Shown: positions 19,740 to 29,314 of the stretch, piece after piece | How positions within the stretch are numbered: the stretch's first letter is position 1 | Layout of the letters: each line of letters begins with the position of its first letter | NCBI GenBank assembly: GCA_046539845.1 | Contig: JBKHGE010000013.1 | Coordinates: 1 to 50,412, forward strand | Source: Desulfonatronovibrionaceae bacterium | GTDB taxonomy: Bacteria > Desulfobacterota > Desulfovibrionia > Desulfovibrionales > Desulfonatronovibrionaceae | Length of the DNA: 50,412 nt | Direction: 5' to 3' | Program-made: the position numbers and the translations under genes | Notes under the pieces: generated by a model | Databases searched by the model: none | What the model saw: only the letters and a program-made list of their open reading frames with translations | What the model was told of the DNA's origin: nothing

Positions 19740-19907
19740 CTAGAAATTCTTGACTATGACCTGCTCTCTGTTCAGGGGGCACCATCCGGGCAGTTCCCTT
19801 TCCGCAACCACCTCCCGGTGTTTGGGCACACTCAGGTTGCAGGTCTTTTCCCCGTTGCACTCGGCGCAGAACGGGCATTGGCTGCACCGCTTGACCACCA
19901 CAATCAT
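19740..19907 (-). CDS. Small Cys-rich hypothetical protein (55 aa), not in the ORF track
   Basis: MIVVVKRCSQCPFCAECNGEKTCNLSVPKHREVVAERELPGWCPLNREQVIVKNF*. AGGAGG RBS; ATGA overlap with the lolA stop. Confidence 0.7.
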   Translation of the reverse strand: MIVVVKRCSQCPFCAECNGEKTCNLSVPKHREVVAERELPGWCPLNREQVIVKNF

Positions 19908-20575
19908 TGACCGCCTCCTGCGCTGGACTGATCCGAACCGTTTTTAGTATTGTCCTGAATGAGGACATCCTCAGGCGGGGAGAACTCAAAGAGCCCATCG
20001 TCCAAATCCGGATTCAGACTGATCCCGGAAAGGCGCAGCTCATTTCCGTTGCCCCAGAAATCGACTACAAGCACCTTTTTGACCAGCCAGTTTTCTTCGT
20101 CCACCCAGATATAGGCCAGGACCAAATTGGTCTCCGGCTCGTGTGGGACCAATTTGAGCTTGGCCAGGCCGTCTTCCCGGCCCTGGTCCTCAATCTTAAA
20201 GTCTTCCTTTAAATTAGCCCGGCCGGAGATAAACCGGAGCATAGTCTTGGAGGAGAGTATCTCCCGGACCGGGTACTTGTAGGCGGTATCTTCCTCCGGA
20301 AAATAGTCCCAGACGGTTTTTGGTCCGACTATTAAGACTTCCTTCTCCGGAGATTCGGTCACCCAGCGGATAAGTTCAGGCTCGCTGTAATAGATCCGGC
20401 CCGTCCTCTTGTCCTGCTCTTCGGTTGCGGCATTGGTAAGGATCTGGACAAACTCGGCTTCAAGGGAGGCAAGGGATTCATACTTGGACTGGACCCGGTC
20501 CGCAACAGACGAAGCGTTGGCTGCGGGGATGCAAAGCAAAACAAACAATATGCTAAGAACACTTTTTTTAGGCAT
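19904..20575 (-). CDS. lolA: Outer-membrane lipoprotein carrier LolA
   Basis: Signal peptide, then SLEAEFVQ, G.IYYSEPELIRW, VWDYFPEE, DFWGNGNEL and FEFSPPED. Confidence 0.85.
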   Translation of the reverse strand: MPKKSVLSILFVLLCIPAANASSVADRVQSKYESLASLEAEFVQILTNAATEEQDKRTGRIYYSEPELIRWVTESPEKEVLIVGPKTVWDYFPEEDTAYKYPVREILSSKTMLRFISGRANLKEDFKIEDQGREDGLAKLKLVPHEPETNLVLAYIWVDEENWLVKKVLVVDFWGNGNELRLSGISLNPDLDDGLFEFSPPEDVLIQDNTKNGSDQSSAGGGQ

Positions 20576-20777
20576 AGATAACCTTCGCGGTTGTATTTTT
20601 TTAAAAAGACCGTTTGCTTTCCGGACTGAAAGGCCCGGGAGAAATAAACAGACCGGATTGAAGATATTCCAGTGTCCCGGCGGTGTCAAATACCGCAGCC
20701 GTTGACTGCCGGACAATAATCAGGCAGTGTTACAAATAGGATAACGGGAATATGTTCAAAACGGCTGTCTTGTCCCC

Positions 20778-20804
20778 TAACAGGACTTAGGCCCCAGCCG
20801 ATTT
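20778..20804 (+). promoter_or_regulatory. Possible sigma28 (FliA) promoter of the MCP gene
   Basis: TAAC-N15-GCCGATTT compared with the consensus TAAA-N15-GCCGATAA. Confidence 0.4.
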
Positions 20805-20862
20805 GGACGCAATAGCCTTGGGAACCAGGAATTGACCAAAACTCTCAGGCAAGGATGATTTC

Positions 20863-23178
20863 ATGGCCTCTTTAAAAAATCTGTCCGTTCGCAACAAAGT
20901 CATGCTCATGAGCGTGGGCATCCTGGCAGTGGTAGTGCTCGGGTTTACCGTGTATATGTTTAAGAGCATGCGCCAGGATTTCTTTCAGGCCCAAAAGACG
21001 CAGCTCAAGGCCAGAAGCAATGTCTTGGTGAACAGTATCGATTCCGCCAGCCGAAGGGCCTATTCCCTTGCCCGGTGGGTGGCGGCGGAACCGGAGGTGA
21101 AAGAGGCCTTTGCCGCCCGGGACAGAGAGGCCCTTTTAAACAGACTGCTCCCGATATACGAACAGACCCGGGAAGACATAAACGTAAACCAGTTCCAGTT
21201 CCATCTCCCGCCAGCCGAATCCTTCCTGCGGCTGCACAGCATTGATCAATACGGGGATGATCTCTCTGAGATCCGCAAGACCATAGTCGTGGCCAACCGG
21301 GATAAAGAACCGGCCATGGGTCTGGACCGGGGCAGGTTCGGATTCGGGATAAGGGGCGTGGTCCCGGTGTCTGAAAACGGAGAGCACATAGGGAGCGTGG
21401 AATTCGGTGCTGCGCTGAATGACGAGTTCCTGGAGAACCTAAAGGAAGAATTCGGGTTTACCGGGGCCTTGATTGTCAGAGACAACGGAGAACGGGCCGT
21501 ACAGGCCAGCACCATGAACCAAAATCCTTTAGACCGGCTGGATACGGAAATAAAAAAGGTCTTTTCCGCTGAAGAATCGATTTTTTCCACCGGCAAGGCC
21601 CGAGACCGGGACTTTGCCTACTACCTGACCCCGGTCCAAGACTTTGCCGGCCAAACCGCTGCCGTACTTGTTTTGCCCCGGGACATCACTGCGGATCTCA
21701 AGGCGATGTCCTGGAACCTATATATGGTTATCGCCGTCGGACTGGGGGCGATAATCATTTTTCCCCTGATCCTCTTCTGGCTTCTGGACCGCACCGTGTC
21801 CAAGCCTTTGGGCCGGGCCACAGCCTTCGCCCAGGAAATGGCCGGGGGCGAATTGACCGGGCACCTACAATCGCGGTCCGAGGATGAGATCGGGAAGCTG
21901 ACCCGGGCCTTGAGCGAAATAGCCGCAAACTGGCGTAAAACAATAATCAATACCAACAACGGGGTGGAGACCCTGGACATCTTTTCCGGGGAAATGAACC
22001 AAGTCTCGCATAATCTGTCCTCCGGATCGGACCAGACCTCGGAAAAGGCCAACACTGTGGCCTCGGCCGCCGAGGAGATGAGCACGAACATGAACTCCGT
22101 GGCCTCGGCCATGGAGCAGACCTCGACCAATGTTAACAACCTGGCCTCGGGCGCCGAGGAAATGAGCACGACCATAGGCGATATAGCGGGAAACGCGGAC
22201 AAGACCAGGGAGATCACCAAGGCGGCGGTCAGCGAGGCCCGCAAGAGCTCGGAGAACATCACCAGACTGGGCAAGGCGGCCCAGGAAATAGATAAGGTCT
22301 CGGAGAGCATTGCCGCCATTTCCTCCCAAACAGACCTTTTGGCCCTGAATGCCACCATCGAGGCGGCCCGGGCCGGAGAATCCGGAAAGGGTTTTGCGGT
22401 TGTGGCCGGAGAGATCAAGGAATTGGCCCGGCAAAGCGCTGAGGCCACTGAGGATATCGCGGCCAAGGTCAAGGATATCCAGGATGTCACAGACGGCGCG
22501 GTCCGGGATATTGAAAACGTGGCCGCAACCATCAATAAGGTGGACGAATACGTGGAATCCATTGCCGCTTCCGTGGAGGAGCAGAGTTCAGCCACCCGGG
22601 AGATAGCGGACAACGTGGCCCAATCCTCTGCAGGCGTTTCCGAGGTCAACGAGCACGTCAGTCAGAGTTCCTCGGCCGCAAATCAGATCGCCGAAGAAAT
22701 CGCCAGCGTAAACAGCGAGGCCCGGGACATCTCCGCCCTGAGTACCGAGATAGAGGCCACCTCCAGGGAACTGAAGAGCATCTCCACCCGGCTGCGGTCC
22801 ATACTCAAGGAATTCAGCTTCGGAGAGCCCATGTTTGAGGTGGGCAAGGTCAAAAGCGCGCACCTGAAATGGCGGACCAAGATGGAGAACCTGGTCCACG
22901 GGGACATCAGTCTAAAGCCCGAGGAAGTGGCCTCGCACCATGAATGCGAGTTCGGCAGGTGGTATTACGCAGACGATACCCAGAAAAAGCTCGGGGACAT
23001 GGAAACCTTCAAGCATCTCGGAGAAGTACATGCCGAGTTGCATAAGGTGGCCCGGAAGATAGCCGAGGAGATCCAGGCCGGGCGGACTGAAAAGGCCCGC
23101 TCCCTATTGGAGGAGATGGAAGGTATCCGCAAAAGGCTGTTCGAGAGCCTGGACAGACTCTATCTCGAGAACTTCTAA
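20863..23178 (+). CDS. Methyl-accepting chemotaxis protein (Cache sensor, HAMP, MCP signal, C-terminal CZB)
   Basis: Two TM segments, QTDLLALNATIEAARAGESGKGFAVVA, and CZB motifs HLKW...HHECEFGRW...H..LH. Confidence 0.93.
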   Translation: MASLKNLSVRNKVMLMSVGILAVVVLGFTVYMFKSMRQDFFQAQKTQLKARSNVLVNSIDSASRRAYSLARWVAAEPEVKEAFAARDREALLNRLLPIYEQTREDINVNQFQFHLPPAESFLRLHSIDQYGDDLSEIRKTIVVANRDKEPAMGLDRGRFGFGIRGVVPVSENGEHIGSVEFGAALNDEFLENLKEEFGFTGALIVRDNGERAVQASTMNQNPLDRLDTEIKKVFSAEESIFSTGKARDRDFAYYLTPVQDFAGQTAAVLVLPRDITADLKAMSWNLYMVIAVGLGAIIIFPLILFWLLDRTVSKPLGRATAFAQEMAGGELTGHLQSRSEDEIGKLTRALSEIAANWRKTIINTNNGVETLDIFSGEMNQVSHNLSSGSDQTSEKANTVASAAEEMSTNMNSVASAMEQTSTNVNNLASGAEEMSTTIGDIAGNADKTREITKAAVSEARKSSENITRLGKAAQEIDKVSESIAAISSQTDLLALNATIEAARAGESGKGFAVVAGEIKELARQSAEATEDIAAKVKDIQDVTDGAVRDIENVAATINKVDEYVESIAASVEEQSSATREIADNVAQSSAGVSEVNEHVSQSSSAANQIAEEIASVNSEARDISALSTEIEATSRELKSISTRLRSILKEFSFGEPMFEVGKVKSAHLKWRTKMENLVHGDISLKPEEVASHHECEFGRWYYADDTQKKLGDMETFKHLGEVHAELHKVARKIAEEIQAGRTEKARSLLEEMEGIRKRLFESLDRLYLENF

Positions 23179-23202
23179 GCAGCTGAACATGCAGGCGGTA
23201 AA

Positions 23203-23234
23203 CAAGAAAGCCCCGGCCTGCCGGGGCTTTCTTG
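23203..23234. terminator. Bidirectional terminator between the MCP gene and ppaC
   Basis: CAAGAAAGCCCCGG-CCTG-CCGGGGCTTTCTTG inverted repeat. Confidence 0.75.
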
Positions 23235-23259
23235 TGGGCTTTACAGCCAATGGTCAAGA

Positions 23260-24180
23260 CTAGGCAAAGGCCTTTTCAAAATTGGGAACGACCTGCTTTT
23301 TGCGGCTCATAACCCCGTCCAGCCAGGCCTTGCCGCCCGCGGGCTTCACACCAAAGGCCTTTTCCACCACGGATTCGTCGTCGGATACGATCAAGAGCTC
23401 GGTGCCTTCCTTCATGATGTCTGTAAGCATCAAAAATACGGAATGGTTGCCCTTTTCATCCTTGAGCTTCTTTATGTCCTCTTCCAGATCGGCCTTGACC
23501 GGCTCCACAATCGACAGATCAACCACTTCCAGCTGGCCGATGCCTACTTTGTTGCCGCTCATGTCAAAGTCCTTGTAGTCACGCATGACCAATTCCCGGG
23601 CCGGGGTGCCCTCCACAGCGGACTTGACCTTGAACATGTCCATGCCCAGGGAAGTCATATCATCCACACCGGCCTTCTTGGCCAGCTCAGCCGCTACTTC
23701 CTTGTCCTTTTCCGTGCAGGTAGCAGACTTGAAGATGACCGTGTCTGAAAGGATGGCGCAAAGCATAAGCCCGGCGATATTCTTGGGGATCTCCACATCA
23801 TAGTAGTCGTACATGGCCTTAAGCACGGTGCAGGAGCAGCCCACCGGCCAGATCCAGCATTCCAAAGGATTGGGGGTGGTCACATCGCCCAATTTGTGAT
23901 GGTCCACTATGCCCAGGATCTCAGCCTGGTCCAGATCATCCATGCTCTGGGACTTATCGGAATGGTCCACGAGAAAGACCTTTTTCCCGGCCACGGAAGT
24001 GGCCACTTCCGGATAGGCCACGCCGAATTTATCCAGAATAAACTTGGACTCGGGATTGATCTCTCCGGGTACAACCGGTTTTGTCTCCAGGCCGGTCTTG
24101 CTCTTCAGATCGGCCAGGGCAATGGCAGCGCACACGGTATCCGAATCCGGATTCTTGTGTCCAAATACTACAACAGACAT
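23260..24180 (-). CDS. ppaC: Mn-dependent inorganic pyrophosphatase (family II)
   Basis: GHKNPDSD, VDH, DHH, ILSDT and VMSRKKQVVP motifs. Confidence 0.95.
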   Translation of the reverse strand: MSVVVFGHKNPDSDTVCAAIALADLKSKTGLETKPVVPGEINPESKFILDKFGVAYPEVATSVAGKKVFLVDHSDKSQSMDDLDQAEILGIVDHHKLGDVTTPNPLECWIWPVGCSCTVLKAMYDYYDVEIPKNIAGLMLCAILSDTVIFKSATCTEKDKEVAAELAKKAGVDDMTSLGMDMFKVKSAVEGTPARELVMRDYKDFDMSGNKVGIGQLEVVDLSIVEPVKADLEEDIKKLKDEKGNHSVFLMLTDIMKEGTELLIVSDDESVVEKAFGVKPAGGKAWLDGVMSRKKQVVPNFEKAFA

Positions 24181-24232
24181 AATAAACCTCCTCAAAATGA
24201 TTTTGTCAAAATTTTTGCTTGATTAAAACCGC

Positions 24233-24250
24233 TTGTGCCAAATAGCACAA
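24233..24250. promoter_or_regulatory. Palindromic operator upstream of ppaC, Rex-like
   Basis: TTGTGC-CAAATA-GCACAA, an 18-bp TTGTG-N8-CACAA site. Confidence 0.4.
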
Positions 24251-24338
24251 AGTTTCCCCCCTGCCAAGTGCAAATTCAGGCGGAGAAAAAACTAGGGCCT
24301 TAAAAACAAAACTCAATTATTACAAAATATTAAAACAC

Positions 24339-25136
24339 CTAATTAAACAATTCCTTGAGCCGGTCAGCCTTTTTTTGGAGATCAACATCTTTATCCCCGT
24401 CGCCTCCTTCAAGGCGGCGGCGCAGATCTTCCCCGAGCCCTTTAACGCAATCTGGGTCCAGGTCCATAAAACCGTTGACCAGGACCGTAGTCAGCTGGCC
24501 CATAACCGCCCTTATGACCTCCTGGGAGACCTCTTTCGGGGGAATACCGTTCTCGGCCGTCCCTATATCCCGGAGCCTGATCTCCGGGAGGGTCACTGCT
24601 GCGCTTCTGCCGGGCGCATCCACTTCCACCCGGACATCGGATATGCGGAGTTCTCTTATCTCCAAAAGCAGACCGCTTTCGCCCTCCTCTTCGGAGCCGG
24701 ACATCTTTTTTTCCCCCGAATCCGCGGAGTCCGGAGAAGAAACCGATCTCTTTTTCCTGTTTTGGGCCAAAACCTGCAGATTATTAGTCCGGCTGTTTTG
24801 CTCTACATACAACTGGGCCCCGCTGACCTCTACCTCCCGTATCAGAACCCGATTTGAGAATATTGAGCTCAGGTCCAGATCAATCCCGGCCCGGTCCACA
24901 AAGATGGCCCTGGCCTCCTTGAACCCCCGGGGATTATCCACGGACAGGCCTGTCAGTTCCCCCCGGCCCTTCCAGATCGAGAGGTCGGCTCCCTCCAGGC
25001 GCACAGCACACCCCACCGCCCGGGAGCCATATTTCTCCACACCCCTGACTATCATGTATTCCGCAAACCCGGTGAGGAAAAAATACCCCCCGACCAGAAC
25101 AAGACTGACAACCAGCAACCAGAAAAACTTTTTCAT
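24339..25136 (-). CDS. AsmA-like/DUF748-like membrane-anchored hypothetical protein
   Basis: N-terminal TM anchor, then a beta-rich segment GELTGLSVDNPRGF...LPEIRLRDIG. Confidence 0.65.
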   Translation of the reverse strand: MKKFFWLLVVSLVLVGGYFFLTGFAEYMIVRGVEKYGSRAVGCAVRLEGADLSIWKGRGELTGLSVDNPRGFKEARAIFVDRAGIDLDLSSIFSNRVLIREVEVSGAQLYVEQNSRTNNLQVLAQNRKKRSVSSPDSADSGEKKMSGSEEEGESGLLLEIRELRISDVRVEVDAPGRSAAVTLPEIRLRDIGTAENGIPPKEVSQEVIRAVMGQLTTVLVNGFMDLDPDCVKGLGEDLRRRLEGGDGDKDVDLQKKADRLKELFN

Positions 25137-25286
25137 GTCTCCCCCTGAACATCCGATCCACAGCCGCTTTTTAGGCATCGTTTATGCCGGGAACAGAAAT
25201 GTTGCCCTCAGGGCACTTTCTATTTATAGTTAAAAATTCATGTCCTGCCTTCGAATCCATAAACAGCACTCAAAAAGAAGCACCTT

Positions 25287-25505
25287 ATGAAAGAAAGATA
25301 CTACCAGATAGCCGGCCTAATCGGCTTTATTCTCTCTGGCTTGTTCTTTATCGCCGCAGGCCTGAAAAACAAAGACCTGCCCACTATCCTGGGTAGCCTG
25401 GCCTGGATAGCGGCGTGCGTAGTCTGGCTCATCCCCCTGTTACGGCCGCAGCGGCAACCGGAAAAACACGACCTGGCGGGAAAAAAGCCCCCCGGAATGT
25501 CTTGA
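25287..25505 (+). CDS. Small two-TM hypothetical protein
   Basis: 72 aa with two hydrophobic helices, located in an intergenic gap. Confidence 0.6.
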   Translation: MKERYYQIAGLIGFILSGLFFIAAGLKNKDLPTILGSLAWIAACVVWLIPLLRPQRQPEKHDLAGKKPPGMS

Positions 25506-25566
25506 TCCCGGGCAGCCAAAGATTTATGGCCCAAGCTCTTATTCTCCGGGGATAAGTCTTGATGTC

Positions 25567-27282
25567 TCAGTGCCTGTAGTGCAGCTTGATCACCGCCGGG
25601 TCCTGTTTTGACTCCATGCTCATCTGATCCACGTGGCTGCGTAGGAGCATAAGGGACAAACGCATCATCTGTCCGGGATCGCCGAGCAGGCCTTCCATAT
25701 CCGGAGCCCCGGCATCTGCCTCAGGACACCGGCCGTCATAGGTAAAGTAAATATCCAGGCTCAATTCATCAAAGCGGATGTCCATGCGGATGTCCCCGGA
25801 AGCCAATCCGTGCTCGATCACTATCTCCAAAAGCTGCCTGGCCGCCCAGCTGGCCCGGTCCACTATCTGCTTTCTCGCCCCCCAGGAGCGGCCGCTCTTG
25901 AGGATCTGCTCCTCGGCCGCATCCATGGAAGCGGGCACCGCCTCCAGGAGACGGGTCACCCGGCTGGAAATCCCGATGCGCAGTACCAGGTTGAGCAAAA
26001 TCGCGGTCAGTGCCCCGGCGGACAAAGAAGAGCTGAACACCGGACGCAACCAGGGATGCACGGTAGCGAACGCCTCCGGGATCAGATCAACACTCAGGCC
26101 GAAAATCAGGGAGATACCCACGACAAAGGTCTTGCGGGCATCCAGCATCCTGGACATGACTATCTGGAACCCGGCCACCACCATAAAACTCAAGGCAAAG
26201 ACAAGGGTAGCCCCGACTACCGGCTCGGGCATCACCGCGAAAAAAGAGGACAATTTGGGGCAAAAGGCCACGGCGATAAGGATCGCGCCCATGGCCACGC
26301 CGACAAACCGGCTGGTTATTCCGGTGGCTATGGACAGGCCGATATTCGAAGAGGAAGTGGACTGGCCCATTCCGCCCAGGACCCCGGCGCTGGCGCAGCC
26401 GGCAGCATCCGCCAGGATCCCCCGGCTTATATTCTCCATGTCCGGGCGTTGCCAATTGGAGTCGTTTATCTTCTGGCAGGTAGTCAAATCACCTATGGAT
26501 TTGAGTCCGGAGCAGATCATGGCCAAAAGGAAAGGGACTATCAGAAAGCCGGAAAAGTTCCACCCCGGATGGTGCAGAAAAGGCAACCACAAAAAATCGG
26601 ATAAGGCCACGGCCTCTATCTGCTGCGGGGAAAAAAGACCCAGAGCCCAGGACAGGACATATCCGGCGATCATCCCCACCAGCACGCAAAAGAGTCTGAG
26701 CCTCCCCCTGCTCCAGACATTCAGTCCGACCATAATGCCCAAGGTGGCCGCGGCCACAGCCAGGCTGGACATATCTGGGCTGTCTCCTCCAAAGTCGCCC
26801 ATACCCAAAAAATTAAGGGCCGCAAAGCGGATCACGCTCACCCCGACCAGGACCACGATTATCCCGGTGACCTCGGTGGGGAAAAAGACCCGCAGCCGGC
26901 TTACGAACCGGGAAAAAATGGCCTCGAACATGCCGGCCAGCAAGGTCATGCCCAAAAGGAGGCTGATCCCTCCGGTTTTGGCCGCCAGGATAGAGGCGGT
27001 CAGAAACGAGGGGCCGCATACCTGGGGACACAGATAACCCGCACCCAGGGGTCCCAGCCTCAGGGACTGCAAAATCGCACCGATCCCTCCGGCCAGCAGG
27101 GACATACTCACCAAAAACGAGGCGTCATGAATGCTTCCCCCGGCCGCACGCACCACCAGGACCGGAAAGACCAGACTGATGGCATAGATGCACACATGCT
27201 GCATCCCCTGTCCCAAGCAGATCCAGAAAGGCGGACGCTCGTTCACCCAGTATTCGATGTTTACAGGCCGGGCAGAACTCAT
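25567..27282 (-). CDS. NCS2/uracil-xanthine permease family protein with a C-terminal soluble extension
   Basis: QH motif in TM1, FPTEVTG, SIGD, GILAD and a NAT signature-like SNIGLSIATG. Confidence 0.88.
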   Translation of the reverse strand: MSSARPVNIEYWVNERPPFWICLGQGMQHVCIYAISLVFPVLVVRAAGGSIHDASFLVSMSLLAGGIGAILQSLRLGPLGAGYLCPQVCGPSFLTASILAAKTGGISLLLGMTLLAGMFEAIFSRFVSRLRVFFPTEVTGIIVVLVGVSVIRFAALNFLGMGDFGGDSPDMSSLAVAAATLGIMVGLNVWSRGRLRLFCVLVGMIAGYVLSWALGLFSPQQIEAVALSDFLWLPFLHHPGWNFSGFLIVPFLLAMICSGLKSIGDLTTCQKINDSNWQRPDMENISRGILADAAGCASAGVLGGMGQSTSSSNIGLSIATGITSRFVGVAMGAILIAVAFCPKLSSFFAVMPEPVVGATLVFALSFMVVAGFQIVMSRMLDARKTFVVGISLIFGLSVDLIPEAFATVHPWLRPVFSSSLSAGALTAILLNLVLRIGISSRVTRLLEAVPASMDAAEEQILKSGRSWGARKQIVDRASWAARQLLEIVIEHGLASGDIRMDIRFDELSLDIYFTYDGRCPEADAGAPDMEGLLGDPGQMMRLSLMLLRSHVDQMSMESKQDPAVIKLHYRH

Positions 27283-27314
27283 ACCCCTCCCCTAATGCCC
27301 GGCAAACCGGGCTG

Positions 27315-27518
27315 CTATACCCGTTTGTCTTGAACCAAAGCGGCGAAACGTTCAAAAGAGCGGTCGTATGTCTTTTCCTCCCGGTCCGGAAAACAGCATC
27401 CCGGGAGTTGACGCATCCTCAAGTGATATTGGATGCATTCGCAGCAAATACCCTTGCGTGGACACGGCTCATAGGTACAATTGCAATGCTTGAGATTTTC
27501 ATCCTTCTGACATTCCAT
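27315..27518 (-). CDS. DUF6485-family small Cys-rich protein
   Basis: CNCTYEPCPRKGICCECIQYH...LPGCCF...EKTYDRSF; GGAGG RBS. Confidence 0.8.
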   Translation of the reverse strand: MECQKDENLKHCNCTYEPCPRKGICCECIQYHLRMRQLPGCCFPDREEKTYDRSFERFAALVQDKRV

Positions 27519-27846
27519 ACCCTTACCTCCTGTCCAGGCATTTTTATGCAATCAACCATTGCCTGCCACAGCCGTGCTATATTTTTTTTCCAATGGCAAG
27601 CCCGGGAAAATAATAATTCGGAGGCAAAAGGTAAAACCACCCAAACCAAGCCTCTCCCTGTTTTCCCTTTACCTGAAAATGGGCGCAAGTTGCCCCTCCG
27701 GCCGCATCCAATTTGCCCGGACTGCAGGCCAAAACCCATCCTCGGCTCACAAAAGGAGCGGACCAGACAGGTATACCCGGTAAAATAAAGAAAAGGATGC
27801 GGGACTGACTCCGGGAATCTGTCAACACGCGATCAGACGAAGGGCC

Positions 27847-28605
27847 TCAGATCTGCCCGCTGACCCGGGCCCAGGCCAGGCCCAGACATTCGTAAAAAAA
27901 TCTCCTGGTCTTCTCCAGGGCGTTTGCGCTGGGAAAGAAATCCCAGGGCGAATAATCCATGTGCAGGGCTCGGTAGTCGGTACTGGAAGGCAGCGGATCC
28001 AGCCCGCCGGCCCGAAAGAGGGCGGCGGCCCTGGGCATGTGCGATGCAGAGGTGACCAAAACGAATTCCTTGGCCTCTAAAATAGGCTGTAGATAGCGGA
28101 CATGGTCCGCAGTATCCATGGACTCCTCCTCAAGGATCATCCGGGAGCGCTCAAGGCCGAGACCCCGGGCCACCCCGGCCATAACCCGGGCGTTTGACTG
28201 CGGATCATATATCCTGCCCCCGGTAAAGATCACTTTTGCCCCGGGGGCCAGGCTTTTGATCCTGAGCCCCTCGACCACTCTGGCCACTGTAGTGGACGAG
28301 GCCCGGGAATTGGCCGGAAACCCGGGCGCTGAATCGTGTCCGGACCCGAGGACAACAATATAGTCCAGCCCGCTGGGTACTTGGGCGGCGGGAAGAGGTA
28401 CAAAGGAACCCTCCAGGCGCTGCAGAGCAAAGTCGGCAGCCGGCTCCATGCTGAAGACGAGGAAAAGAAAAAAACCGCACAGGACAAGCAATCTCCCCGC
28501 CCTGTCCCGCCGGAAAAAAATCAGGATCAACCCGGCCAGGATTAGCTCCAGGCACAGCGGCACCGGGAAAAAGACCCTGGACAAAATCTTTTTCAGTACA
28601 AACAT
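27847..28605 (-). CDS. elyC: ElyC/YdcF (DUF218) envelope biogenesis protein
   Basis: IVVLGSG, TGG, LVTSASHMPRA and YECLGLAW motifs. Confidence 0.82.
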   Translation of the reverse strand: MFVLKKILSRVFFPVPLCLELILAGLILIFFRRDRAGRLLVLCGFFLFLVFSMEPAADFALQRLEGSFVPLPAAQVPSGLDYIVVLGSGHDSAPGFPANSRASSTTVARVVEGLRIKSLAPGAKVIFTGGRIYDPQSNARVMAGVARGLGLERSRMILEEESMDTADHVRYLQPILEAKEFVLVTSASHMPRAAALFRAGGLDPLPSSTDYRALHMDYSPWDFFPSANALEKTRRFFYECLGLAWARVSGQI

Positions 28606-28646
28606 GTCTTGCCCCCTGTCTGCCGGGCGCCTGGAACCAGCCTAAA

Positions 28647-29129
28647 TCAAGCGCCGTCTCTATTTGCCTCCGGATCGGAATCCAAAACCCCGGTCTGGCG
28701 CAGGCCCTCGTAAAGGACCACGGCCACAGCATTGGCTAGGTTTATGCTCCGCACGTCCCCCAAAATGGGGATACGCAGCATGGTTTCAGCCCCAGCGGCC
28801 AACTCCGGTGGCAGGCCTTTTGTCTCCGGACCGAAGACAAGCAGGTCTGTATCCCGGTACAGGTGGCGGTGGTGGGCCAGACCGCTGCGGGCGCTGGTCA
28901 TGACCAGCCGGCCGGTACCCTTTTTTCGGGCCGTGAATTCCTCCCAGCCCGGCCAGACCTTTAGCTCCACTTGCGGCCAGTAGTCCAGACCGGCCCGTTT
29001 CAGATACCTGTCCTCCAGGCTGAACCCGAGTGGCTCGATCAGGTTGAGCCGCACGCCGGCTGCCGCGCACAGCCGGGCGATGGAGCCCGTGTTGGGCGGG
29101 ATCTCCGGACAGAAAAGGACGACTTCCAT
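28647..29129 (-). CDS. trmL: tRNA (cytidine(34)-2'-O)-methyltransferase
   Basis: PEIPPNTG.IARLCA, LKRAGLDYW, FGPETKGL and RSINLANA motifs. Confidence 0.93.
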   Translation of the reverse strand: MEVVLFCPEIPPNTGSIARLCAAAGVRLNLIEPLGFSLEDRYLKRAGLDYWPQVELKVWPGWEEFTARKKGTGRLVMTSARSGLAHHRHLYRDTDLLVFGPETKGLPPELAAGAETMLRIPILGDVRSINLANAVAVVLYEGLRQTGVLDSDPEANRDGA

Positions 29130-29238
29130 CTACGCTTGCCCCGAACCGGCAAGAATTGTATGCATTGAATAACCGGACATTATTTACGGCCTGTAAAAAA
29201 GGCCCTTAAAAGACTTAAGGGCCCATGCAGACGAATGG

Positions 29239-29314
29239 TGGTGGGCGGTCAGGGATTTGAACCCCGGACTTCCACCGTGTGAAGATGGCACTCTCACCAC
29301 TGAGTTAACCGCCC
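29239..29314 (-). tRNA. tRNA-Val(CAC)
   Basis: GGGCGGTTAACTCAGTGGTGAGAGTGCCATCTT-CAC-ACGGTGGAAGTCCGGGGTTCAAATCCCTGACCGCCCACCA. Confidence 0.96.

Noticed and set aside
21621..27037. Long antisense ORFs over the MCP, AsmA-like and permease genes (also over the kinase, hrcA and recJ)
   Set aside because: They fully overlap well-supported genes and have the low-information composition typical of GC-rich shadow frames.
27519..27846. Purine or other riboswitch ahead of the DUF6485-permease genes
   Set aside because: No recognisable aptamer consensus by eye; an Rfam scan would be needed.
29236..29241. Genomic CCACCA at the tRNA-Val 3' end
   Set aside because: Most likely a chance trailer removed by normal 3' trimming; the acceptor stem is normal.
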